Below, in pieces: positions 8,866-15,765 of a DNA stretch of 15,765 bases. Every line of letters starts with the position of its first letter. Positions within the stretch are counted from its first letter, which is position 1. The stretch lies in NCBI GenBank assembly GCA_046583315.1, contig JAYGCN010000133.1, positions 1 to 15,765 on the forward strand, given 5' to 3'. The notes under the pieces were generated by a model, which saw nothing but the letters and a program-made list of their open reading frames with translations, did no database searches and was not told where the DNA came from. Both the position numbers and the translations under genes were made by a program. Source of the DNA: Candidatus Hydrogenedentota bacterium (lineage in GTDB: Bacteria; Hydrogenedentota; Hydrogenedentia; Hydrogenedentales; GCA-2746185).

Positions 8866-10590
8866 TTAATCTGCTACGGTGACTCTCAGAACTTCTTCTA
8901 TCGTACTTAGTCCGCGCGCGGCCTTCGCCAACGCATTTTGACGCAAGGTGCGCATCCCACATTTCACAGCGATCACTTTGATTTGAGTTGCCGATCCTCT
9001 TGAAAGGATCGTCTTCTCGAGTTCGGGATAGTTTTCCATCGCTTCGATGACGGCGATGCGCCCTTTGTAACCTGTGTTCTTGCAATTCGGGCAACCGCGT
9101 CCGCGAACGAAATTCGGAACATCGTCGTATGTGGCATCGTTGAACTGAACTTGTTCAAGTGCTTCGTCGGGTACTTGAATCGATTCCTTGCACTCGGGAC
9201 ATACCTTGCGCAACAGACGCTGTGCGGCGGCCAGTGCTACCGAGGATTGAATCAGAAAGGGTTGCAGGTTCAGGTCGGTCAGGCGGGTATACACGCTGGA
9301 GGCATCGTTCGTATGCAGCGTGCTTAGGACGAGATGGCCGGTTAAGGCCGCTTTCACGGCGACATCGGCTGTTTCTTCGTCACGAATTTCCCCGACCATG
9401 ACCACATCGGGGTCTTGTCGAAGAATCTGGCGTAACGCGGTAGCGAATGTCAGTCCTATTTCGGCATGCGTTTGCACTTGATTCACGCCGAATAATTCGT
9501 ATTCGACCGGGTCTTCGACGGTAACCACATTCTCCGTCACTTCGTTCAATTTGTGAAGCGCGGAGTACAGGGTTGTGGTTTTACCGCTACCGGTGGGGCC
9601 GGTGACCAGAATCATGCCGTAGGGTAGTGCAAGAGCCTGATAAAAAGCACTCAAGGGTTGTTGCTCAAAGCCCAATTTGGTCAGATCCAGGGATATAGTC
9701 TCTTTGTCCAATACGCGCATCACGACTTTTTCGCCATGGTAGGTCGGCAGCACAGCGGTTCGGAAGTCGATCTCTCTGCCTTTGAACATGATCCTGAATC
9801 GACCATCCTGGGGTAAGCGATGTTCGGCGATATCCAGTTGCGCCATTATCTTGATGCGCGATATGATAGCCGAAAAAATACTTTTTGGTGGACTCTTTGT
9901 TTCCTCCAGCTTTCCGTCAACACGATAGCGCACGCGAACGACTTTTTCATAGGGTTCCACGTGGATATCACTCGCGCCGAGCTCCAACGCGTTCATTAAA
10001 ATCAGATTGACCAGACGGATAACCGGCGCATCTTCTGCGTCCGATTTGAGTTGGGAGATATCGGAAACTTCTTCCTTGTCTTTGATCTGTTTGATGTTGC
10101 CATCGTTACCGTCACTGACCAGTTCATCATATAGTTGGGTACCTTTTTTGCCGACCCCGTAATGTTCTTCAATCGTGTCTTTTAATTCCGTCTGCATCGC
10201 GACAACCGGCTTGATTTGATAACTGGTCAACAGATTGAGGTCATCCAGTGCCATGATGTTTAGCGGGTCGGCCATCGCAAGTGTCAATACACCGCTCGTC
10301 AGAGAAACGGGTAACATCAGATATTGGCGTGCAAGGGATTCGGGGACTTCTTCCAACACTTTTTCAGGGATGTTGTAATGCGCCACGCGGATGTGGGGGA
10401 TACCCAGTTGCTCACTGAGCGTGACGACCAGATCTTCTTCGCTCAAATACTCTTTCTCTACTAGAATGGACGCGAGGTTTCCACCTTTTTGTCGTTGGAG
10501 ATTGACGCACTCGCGTAGCTGTTCCTCCGTGAGCAGATCCTGCTCAATCAGAACATCTCCCAAGCGCTTTTTAGATACCTTCGTTGCCAT
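8866..10590 (-). CDS. pilB: Type IV pilus assembly ATPase PilB (GspE/PulE family)
   Basis: MshEN-like N-terminus RLGDVLIEQ, ASDIHVEP, RLPQDGR, GPTGSGKTTTLY, TVEDPVE, tetracysteine CPEC...CPNC, and EEVLRVT C-terminus. GGAG lies 7 nt before ATG 10590 (GTG 10593 is the alternative). Confidence 0.93.
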   Translation of the reverse strand: MATKVSKKRLGDVLIEQDLLTEEQLRECVNLQRQKGGNLASILVEKEYLSEEDLVVTLSEQLGIPHIRVAHYNIPEKVLEEVPESLARQYLMLPVSLTSGVLTLAMADPLNIMALDDLNLLTSYQIKPVVAMQTELKDTIEEHYGVGKKGTQLYDELVSDGNDGNIKQIKDKEEVSDISQLKSDAEDAPVIRLVNLILMNALELGASDIHVEPYEKVVRVRYRVDGKLEETKSPPKSIFSAIISRIKIMAQLDIAEHRLPQDGRFRIMFKGREIDFRTAVLPTYHGEKVVMRVLDKETISLDLTKLGFEQQPLSAFYQALALPYGMILVTGPTGSGKTTTLYSALHKLNEVTENVVTVEDPVEYELFGVNQVQTHAEIGLTFATALRQILRQDPDVVMVGEIRDEETADVAVKAALTGHLVLSTLHTNDASSVYTRLTDLNLQPFLIQSSVALAAAQRLLRKVCPECKESIQVPDEALEQVQFNDATYDDVPNFVRGRGCPNCKNTGYKGRIAVIEAMENYPELEKTILSRGSATQIKVIAVKCGMRTLRQNALAKAARGLSTIEEVLRVTVAD

Positions 10591-10678
10591 CACGACACTC
10601 CATTAGAGTCTTACAACTCAGCCCCCTCGGCACAGTTTCAGGATCCTGCTTTCGCGATTCCCCGTTGAAATCTAAGGC

Positions 10679-10707
10679 ATTGTAATCGAGCACCCTATGC
10701 CATGCAA
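10679..10707 (-). promoter_or_regulatory. Putative sigma70 promoter (proximal) of the pilB operon
   Basis: TTGCAT-N17-TACAAT on the minus strand. Confidence 0.55.
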
Positions 10708-10787
10708 CTAATTTTGCCATGCGACGGGAAAAATAGCAACACACGTGTAAGGTACTATTAACATTAGGTTTCTGAACTATCGATGTG

Positions 10788-10816
10788 AAAATAACATAAA
10801 ATCACTTATCTGTCAA
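10788..10816 (-). promoter_or_regulatory. Putative sigma70 promoter (distal) of the pilB operon
   Basis: TTGACA-N17-TATTTT with an extended -10 TGn on the minus strand. Confidence 0.6.
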
Positions 10817-10826
10817 TAGTTTATCT
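10811..10826. repeat. Left copy of a 16-bp inverted repeat, TGTCAATAGTTTATCT
   Basis: Exact reverse complement of 13303-13318. Confidence 0.9.
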
Positions 10827-10876
10827 GGCTTCAGGTCGTAAGTTCATGATATATTGATGTTTATAGGAGATTAACC

Positions 10877-11350
10877 GTGATGGGTGTTGAAATCGAACGC
10901 AAATTCAGGGTCCAAGGGGATGCCTGGCGGGAGTCTGCCAGGGCGCAGCATTTTGTGCAGGGGTATTTGGCCTTGGGCCCCCCGATTTCGGTTCGGGTCC
11001 GAATTATGGGTGATGAAGCCACACTTAACCTGAAACAGTCAACGCTGGATATCGAGCGGATGGAGTTTGAGTATGGGATTCCGGTTGTGGATGCCCGAGA
11101 ATTGTTGGACACTTCTATTGTGGGTAACACGGTCGAAAAAAATCGGTATACGATTGAGTACGAAGGGCATTGCTGGGAAGTGGATGAGTTTCTGGGGGCC
11201 AATGAGGGTCTTGTCGTTGCGGAGATTGAGCTGACGCATCGTGATGAGAGCTTCGTGAATCCGGACTGGTTGGGCGATGAAGTGTCACACGACCCGCGTT
11301 ATCTCAACTCGAATCTGGCTGAGAAGCCTTTTTTGACCTGGAAGGATTGA
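10877..11350 (+). CDS. CYTH-domain protein (triphosphate tunnel metalloenzyme; CyaB/triphosphatase-like)
   Basis: N-terminal EIERKF (ExExK), QGYL, SVRVR, EFEY, EKNRY, WEVDEF, VAEIEL, WLGDEVS..PRYLN. AGGAG RBS; start GTG 10877 or ATG 10880. Confidence 0.93.
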   Translation: MMGVEIERKFRVQGDAWRESARAQHFVQGYLALGPPISVRVRIMGDEATLNLKQSTLDIERMEFEYGIPVVDARELLDTSIVGNTVEKNRYTIEYEGHCWEVDEFLGANEGLVVAEIELTHRDESFVNPDWLGDEVSHDPRYLNSNLAEKPFLTWKD

Positions 11351-11378
11351 GCTGGCATTCGAATCGTCGCGTCGAATT

Positions 11379-11387
11379 TGCTATACT
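11379..11387 (+). promoter_or_regulatory. Putative extended -10 promoter for aspC-crcB
   Basis: TGcTATACT about 75 bp upstream of the aspC start; the -35 is poor. Confidence 0.45.
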
Positions 11388-11460
11388 TGCTCATCCCTAG
11401 AAGTGCTGTACGCATAAGGTGTGTACTTGTAGTGAAACCCAATGACGGGAGGAGTTTGTC

Positions 11461-12657
11461 TTGTTCGAATCGCTTGAAATGGCGCCACCGGATCCCATTA
11501 TGGGTCTCACCGATGCCTTTACTCGGGACGCCAACCCGAATAAAATCAATCTGACGATTGGTGTATATAAGGATGATTCAGGCCGGACACCTATTTTCTC
11601 TGCGGTGAAGAAGGCGGAAGAGCGTGTATTGAACGAGGAATCGACGAAGAGCTACCTCCAAATTCATGGATCGGCAGAATACGGTCAAGCGGTGCAGAAA
11701 CTCATTTTCGGCGAGGACCACGAAATCGTTACGAGTGGTCGCGCGGTTACGGCGCACACGCCGGGCGGCACGGGGGCGTTGCGTGTGGCGGCGGATTTCA
11801 TGAAGCAGGTGAACCCGGAGGCGACGGTGTGGCTGAGCCAACCGACGTGGCCGAATCACCCGGCGATTTTTGACGCCGCGAATCTTGCGGTGAAGACGTA
11901 TCCCTATTACGATGCGGAAAACAAGACGCTGGACTTTGATGCGATGACCGGCGCGCTGGACGCGGTGCAGAAGGGCGATGTTGTTGTGCTGCATGGTTGT
12001 TGCCACAATCCGACGGGTATGGATCCGGATGCGGCACAGTGGGCAATGCTTGCGGCGATTGTGCGATCGAAGGAAGCCCTCGCCTTTTTTGACTTCGCCT
12101 ATCAGGGTCTTGGCAACGGCCTCGATGAGGACGCGGTTGGGCTACGCACTTTTTGCACGGCGGGGTGCGAACTTCTGGTATCCAGTTCCTTCTCGAAAAA
12201 CTTTGGCCTTTACCGCGAACGTACAGGGGCGTTGACGCTTGTTGCGGGCGATGCGGACATTGCGCAGCGTAGTCTTAGTCACATGAAACAGGTTATCCGT
12301 TGCAACTACTCGAATCCGCCGTCGCATGGGGCACAAATCGTCACGACGATATTGAATGATCCGATTTTGCGCGCAGAATGGGAAGCGGAAGTGAAGACCA
12401 TGTGTGATCGCATTGCGGATATGCGCAGTCAATTCGTCGAGAAGCTCAAAGCCCTCGGTGTCACGCGCGACTTCTCTTTTTTGACGAAGCAGAACGGCAT
12501 GTTCTCCTTTTCCGGTCTCAATACCGATCAGGTTGCGCAATTGCGTGACGAATACTCTATCTATATAGTGGGCAGCGGTCGCATCAATGTCGCGAGCTTG
12601 ACTCCGGGCAATATCGATGCGTTTTGCGCGGCGGTGGCGGCGGTACTGAGCGAGTAG
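11461..12657 (+). CDS. aspC: Aspartate/aromatic amino acid aminotransferase (class Ia, PLP-dependent)
   Basis: PPDPIMGL, KINLTIGVY, TPGGTGALR, PTWPNH, HGCCHNPTG, DFAYQG, SFSKNFGLYRER (PLP Lys), GMFSF and SGRINVA. TTG start after GGAGGAG. Specificity (AspC vs TyrB) is not resolved. Confidence 0.93.
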   Translation: MFESLEMAPPDPIMGLTDAFTRDANPNKINLTIGVYKDDSGRTPIFSAVKKAEERVLNEESTKSYLQIHGSAEYGQAVQKLIFGEDHEIVTSGRAVTAHTPGGTGALRVAADFMKQVNPEATVWLSQPTWPNHPAIFDAANLAVKTYPYYDAENKTLDFDAMTGALDAVQKGDVVVLHGCCHNPTGMDPDAAQWAMLAAIVRSKEALAFFDFAYQGLGNGLDEDAVGLRTFCTAGCELLVSSSFSKNFGLYRERTGALTLVAGDADIAQRSLSHMKQVIRCNYSNPPSHGAQIVTTILNDPILRAEWEAEVKTMCDRIADMRSQFVEKLKALGVTRDFSFLTKQNGMFSFSGLNTDQVAQLRDEYSIYIVGSGRINVASLTPGNIDAFCAAVAAVLSE

Positions 12658-12676
12658 ATTTTTTCGGAAGGAACTC

Positions 12677-13069
12677 ATGGGAAACTGGTTACTTATTGGG
12701 ATGGCAGGTGGTGTTGGTGCGCTGGCCCGATATGGCATTGGTGAGCTCGTGGCCAAGAACGTTCCTGAACAACACTTTCCCTGGGCCATATTCGTGGTGA
12801 ACATGCTCGGATGTGCTTTTTTCGGATTGTGTTATGTGCTGATCGATTTTAATGAAACGCTCTCCCCTGAAAACCAGCAACGTTACCGCCTCATATTGCT
12901 CACCGGATTCGCGGGAGCTTTCACGACCTATTCGACCTATGCGTTTCAGTCGGCCATGCTCATCGAAGAGGGCAAATGGACCATCGCCTTTCTCAATATT
13001 GGCGGCCACACGCTCATCGGCCTGCTCGCCATCTTCGCGGGGACGTATGTAGGGCGGATATTCGTGTAG
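12677..13069 (+). CDS. crcB: CrcB/Fluc family channel, atypical pore motif
   Basis: Four TM helices; GGVGALARY, FPWAIFVVNMLGC and TGFAGAFTTYSTY. AAGGA RBS, 19 bp after aspC. Confidence 0.88.
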   Translation: MGNWLLIGMAGGVGALARYGIGELVAKNVPEQHFPWAIFVVNMLGCAFFGLCYVLIDFNETLSPENQQRYRLILLTGFAGAFTTYSTYAFQSAMLIEEGKWTIAFLNIGGHTLIGLLAIFAGTYVGRIFV

Positions 13070-13302
13070 AACCGATTTTTTGGGACATTCTCGGAATTCC
13101 CCTGCGCATCATCCGCCCCCACCCGATGTGCAGTGTCCTCTATCTACTCAGCGAGTGCGTTGCAGCGGAGCGGTGTCTGCCAATCACGGGGCGTGAGACA
13201 ATGGGGTACAGGAATGGACATGGAATATTGAGAGGGGAGAAAAGGGCGTCTGGGAAACAATAGGCCGGGCCCGGTAAGGGTTTATTTTATAGTGCATTAG
13301 GA

Positions 13303-13318
13303 AGATAAACTATTGACA
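13303..13318. repeat. Right copy of the 16-bp inverted repeat, AGATAAACTATTGACA
   Basis: Exact reverse complement of 10811-10826. Confidence 0.9.
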
Positions 13319-13368
13319 AACTACTTGTGCTGGTATTGAGGTTCTCAGAATGGGCCGTATTTTCTGAT

Positions 13369-13397
13369 TTGCGTTTATACCGCCTCTTAGCTATCAT
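13369..13397 (+). promoter_or_regulatory. Putative sigma70 promoter of the heme/Cu monooxygenase-like gene
   Basis: TTGCGT-N17-TATCAT, about 50 bp before ATG 13450. Confidence 0.5.
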
Positions 13398-13449
13398 CCA
13401 GTTGTTGAGTTTTCCAATCATTCTCGATAAACGATGAGAGGGTATCGAA

Positions 13450-14745
13450 ATGTCGACTGTTCGGTTTTATGCATGTATCCTCATAATGTGTGTCGTGTCA
13501 TTTTCTGTCGAAGCCGCGAATCGTCCTACTTATACTAAAGACATTGCGCCGATTTTGAATGAGAATTGTATTTCGTGTCATCGTCCGAATGATATTGCTC
13601 CGATGTCTCTGTTGAATTATCAGGAGGTACGCCCCTGGGCGAAGTCGATTGCTCGCCAGGTTTATGAACGGAACATGCCGCCTTGGCATGCCGATCCGGA
13701 GTATGGGCATTTCAAGAATGAACGTACTCTGACCCAGAAGCAGATCAACACGATTGTTGAGTGGTCGCGACAGGGGGCAACTCAGGGTAAACGCGGTGAT
13801 ATGCCGAAAGTGCCTGAAATAGACACGAGCGGATGGCGATTGGGCGAACCGGATTATACGGTGACGTTTGGCGCTGTGTCGATACCGGCGGGCGGCCGAG
13901 ATCAATTCAAGGATCTTGAGGCGCAGACGAATCTGCCGGAAGATTCTTGGGTGACGGCGTTGGAAATTATGCCGGGGGATCGTTCGGTGGTGCACCATGT
14001 GATTTTGTGGCAGGGTCAAAAGAATCAGCAGAATGGGTGGATAGGTGCCTGGGGCGCAGGTGGCGATCCGCTGGTTTTCCGCAAGGGAACGGGACGACTT
14101 CTCAAGAAAAATGTACCGGTCATCGGCGACATGCACTATCATCCTTCTGGCACGGCGACGACTGACCAAACGCGTATCGGTTTGCACATTGCTAAATCGG
14201 AAAAGGAAATCAAATCTCCGCTCACCAATCTGTGGGTGATCAATACGTTCTTTGAAATTCCTCCGGGCGCGGCGAACCATGAAGTGCGTTCATCGCATAT
14301 TTTCCCTGAGGCGGCCAAAATCATTTCGTTGGCGCCACACATGCATTACCGTGGGAAAGATTTCACGTACACGGCGACGTATCCCGATGGGCAGGTGGAG
14401 ACGCTGCTCAAGGTGAGCAAGTATGACTTTAATTGGCAGACGTCCTACGAATTGAAGAAGCCGATTTCGGTACCTAAAGGGACCAAGATCGAATGCGTTG
14501 CGCACTTCGACAACTCGGCGACTAACCTTTCTAATCCTGATTACAACAAAGCTGTGCGTTTTGGAAACGAATCTTACGACGAGATGATGATCGGGTTCAT
14601 TGACTATGTGCCCGACAGTGTTTCGTTGCCCAGCGAATCGAAGGCGGGAGGGACGGGAGGGGTCACCATGATTTTAACGTCACTCGTCCTGCTGGCCGGT
14701 ATCGGTTTCGTTGGTCACCGAATCGGCACTGCTATCTTTGGTTAA
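13450..14745 (+). CDS. Exported c-type cytochrome / copper type II ascorbate-dependent monooxygenase-like fusion with C-terminal membrane anchor
   Basis: Signal peptide (…SFSVEA/AN), CISCH heme motif, MPPW, VVHHVI, DMHYHP, PHMHYRGK, YDFNWQ, DEMMIGF and a hydrophobic C-terminus. GAGAGG RBS. Confidence 0.8.
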   Translation: MSTVRFYACILIMCVVSFSVEAANRPTYTKDIAPILNENCISCHRPNDIAPMSLLNYQEVRPWAKSIARQVYERNMPPWHADPEYGHFKNERTLTQKQINTIVEWSRQGATQGKRGDMPKVPEIDTSGWRLGEPDYTVTFGAVSIPAGGRDQFKDLEAQTNLPEDSWVTALEIMPGDRSVVHHVILWQGQKNQQNGWIGAWGAGGDPLVFRKGTGRLLKKNVPVIGDMHYHPSGTATTDQTRIGLHIAKSEKEIKSPLTNLWVINTFFEIPPGAANHEVRSSHIFPEAAKIISLAPHMHYRGKDFTYTATYPDGQVETLLKVSKYDFNWQTSYELKKPISVPKGTKIECVAHFDNSATNLSNPDYNKAVRFGNESYDEMMIGFIDYVPDSVSLPSESKAGGTGGVTMILTSLVLLAGIGFVGHRIGTAIFG

Positions 14746-14835
14746 GTGCGTCCTTTTTCTGGCGCGATGGGTGTTCCGTAAATGGGTCTGATTGCTTGTT
14801 CAATCCCGCCTTCTGCGGAAAAGGGTTTGCAAACT

Positions 14836-14844
14836 TTATCCACA
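14836..14844 (+). promoter_or_regulatory. Perfect DnaA box TTATCCACA (isolated)
   Basis: Exact consensus 9-mer in an intergenic region; function unproven. Confidence 0.35.
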
Positions 14845-15010
14845 GCGACCTCGTTGAATCCGGACCTCTTCGTGGCACATTCGCTTCACATTCTTGATTC
14901 GAAGCATGTATTTCTGATTAACTGATTCGATGTAATTTTTCGATGAAGTTCGGGTTGCAAAAAAGAACGCTCCCATTTCATCGCTCATGCCTCAGGCGAT
15001 AGGGAACTCC

Positions 15011-15765
15011 ATGAAGAGCAGTGTTAATGTGGCAATGGTTGGCCTCGGCTTTGGTGCCGAATTTATACCGATTTATGAACAGCATCCGAATGTGAATGTG
15101 CATGCCATTTGCCGTCGCGATGAAGCGGAAATGAACAAAGTGGGGGATCGTTTTGGAATCGAGATACGATACACCAATTTTGATGATGTTTTGGCTGACC
15201 CCGATGTGGATTACGTGCATATCAACAGTCCTATTCCGGATCACGGGTGGATGACACTGGCGGCGTTGGAGGCGGGAAAACACGTGATGTGTACCGTGCC
15301 GATGGCGACGACGGTGGATGAATGCCGGCAGATTGTTGAGAAAGTAAATGATACGGGCCTGAGATACATGATGGCTGAGACGGTGGTGTACAGTCGTGAG
15401 TTTTTGTTCATCAAGGAAATGTATGACAAGGGTGAGTTGGGCAAAATTCAGCATCTGGCGGCCTCGCATCCGCAGGATATGGACGGCTGGCCTGAATATT
15501 GGGAACGGATGATTCCGATGCACTACGCGACACATGTGGTGAGTCCTTGTTTGGGATTGGTCGATGGTTTGGCCGAGTCCGTGAGTTGTTTCGGGTCGGG
15601 AACGGTGCGTGAAGATATTGCGGAGAAGTCAGGGAATACCTTTGCTGTTGAGTCCTGCCATATCAATATCAAGGATAGTGATTTGACGGCGCATGTTTGG
15701 CGGTGCCTGTATGATGTGGCGCGGCAGTATCGCGAGAGTTTTGATGTGTACGGCACGAAGAAAAG
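15011..15765 (+). CDS. Gfo/Idh/MocA family NAD(P)-dependent oxidoreductase (3' truncated by the window edge; absent from the ORF track)
   Basis: Manual translation from ATG 15011 (AGGGA RBS): MKSSVNVAMVGLGFGAEFIPIY...FDDVLADPDVDYVHINSPIPDH...ALEAGKHVMCTVPMA... It has a Rossmann GxGxG, and I found no stop codon before the window end. Confidence 0.9.
   Translation, partial: MKSSVNVAMVGLGFGAEFIPIYEQHPNVNVHAICRRDEAEMNKVGDRFGIEIRYTNFDDVLADPDVDYVHINSPIPDHGWMTLAALEAGKHVMCTVPMATTVDECRQIVEKVNDTGLRYMMAETVVYSREFLFIKEMYDKGELGKIQHLAASHPQDMDGWPEYWERMIPMHYATHVVSPCLGLVDGLAESVSCFGSGTVREDIAEKSGNTFAVESCHINIKDSDLTAHVWRCLYDVARQYRESFDVYGTKK

Noticed and set aside
10703..10719. Sigma54-like TGGCAAAATTAGTTGCA upstream of pilB (minus strand)
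   Set aside because: The GG-to-GC spacing is 11 nt, but sigma54 strictly needs 10. The site is better explained by the sigma70 -35 and the direct repeat.
10571..10720. 49-codon upstream ORF (MAKLVAWH...) overlapping the pilB start
   Set aside because: No RBS and no recognisable protein features; it overlaps the predicted promoter.
10591..10781. c-di-GMP riboswitch in the pilB leader
   Set aside because: Only a GCGAAAGC mini-hairpin is present; I could not match the conserved GEMM core.
12976..13263. 95-aa ORF overlapping the end of crcB
   Set aside because: Out of frame with crcB, with no clear RBS and no domain-like character.
13262..13290. SRP RNA-like GCCGGGCCCGGTAAGGG
   Set aside because: It lacks the GGAA tetraloop, the AGCA internal loop and the long flanking helix.
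406..14505. Numerous other antisense or alternate-frame ORFs (e.g. 12142-12804, 13498-14280, 2219-2761)
   Set aside because: They lie within well-supported genes and look like shadow ORFs.
14760..14810. Fluoride-riboswitch-like GCGATGGGTGTTC
   Set aside because: There is no downstream UAAUGAC..CUAC element, and it is not upstream of crcB.
14746..15010. Replication origin
   Set aside because: Only one DnaA box, no clear DUE and no dnaA/dnaN context.
14978..15535. 185-aa minus-strand ORF (and 15523-15756)
   Set aside because: Antisense shadow of the real plus-strand Gfo/Idh/MocA gene.
1..15765. CRISPR arrays, transposases, rRNA, frameshifted pseudogenes
   Set aside because: I saw no regularly spaced repeats, DDE/integrase motifs or broken reading frames.

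Overview
Bacterial chromosomal window. On the minus strand it carries tRNA-Ser(TGA), a stand-alone receiver protein, a PilZ-domain protein, and a type IV pilus motor/regulator operon pilB-pilT-pilS-pilR that lacks the usual pilC and pilA. On the plus strand are a 1092-aa secreted GH42-like multidomain protein, a CYTH / aspC / crcB(Fluc) block, a secreted heme-c plus copper type II monooxygenase-like protein, and a Gfo/Idh/MocA oxidoreductase that the ORF track missed and that runs off the right edge. The most notable signals are: (1) a perfect 16-bp inverted repeat (TGT...ACA, each copy holding an outward TTGACA) bracketing the CYTH-aspC-crcB block; (2) a lone Fluc in which both fluoride-coordinating Phe residues are Tyr and the conserved Glu is Gln; (3) att-like repeats just beyond the tRNA 3' end; (4) a cytochrome c / Cu-monooxygenase fusion with all metal ligands intact. 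All calls come from reading motifs by eye; no searches were run.
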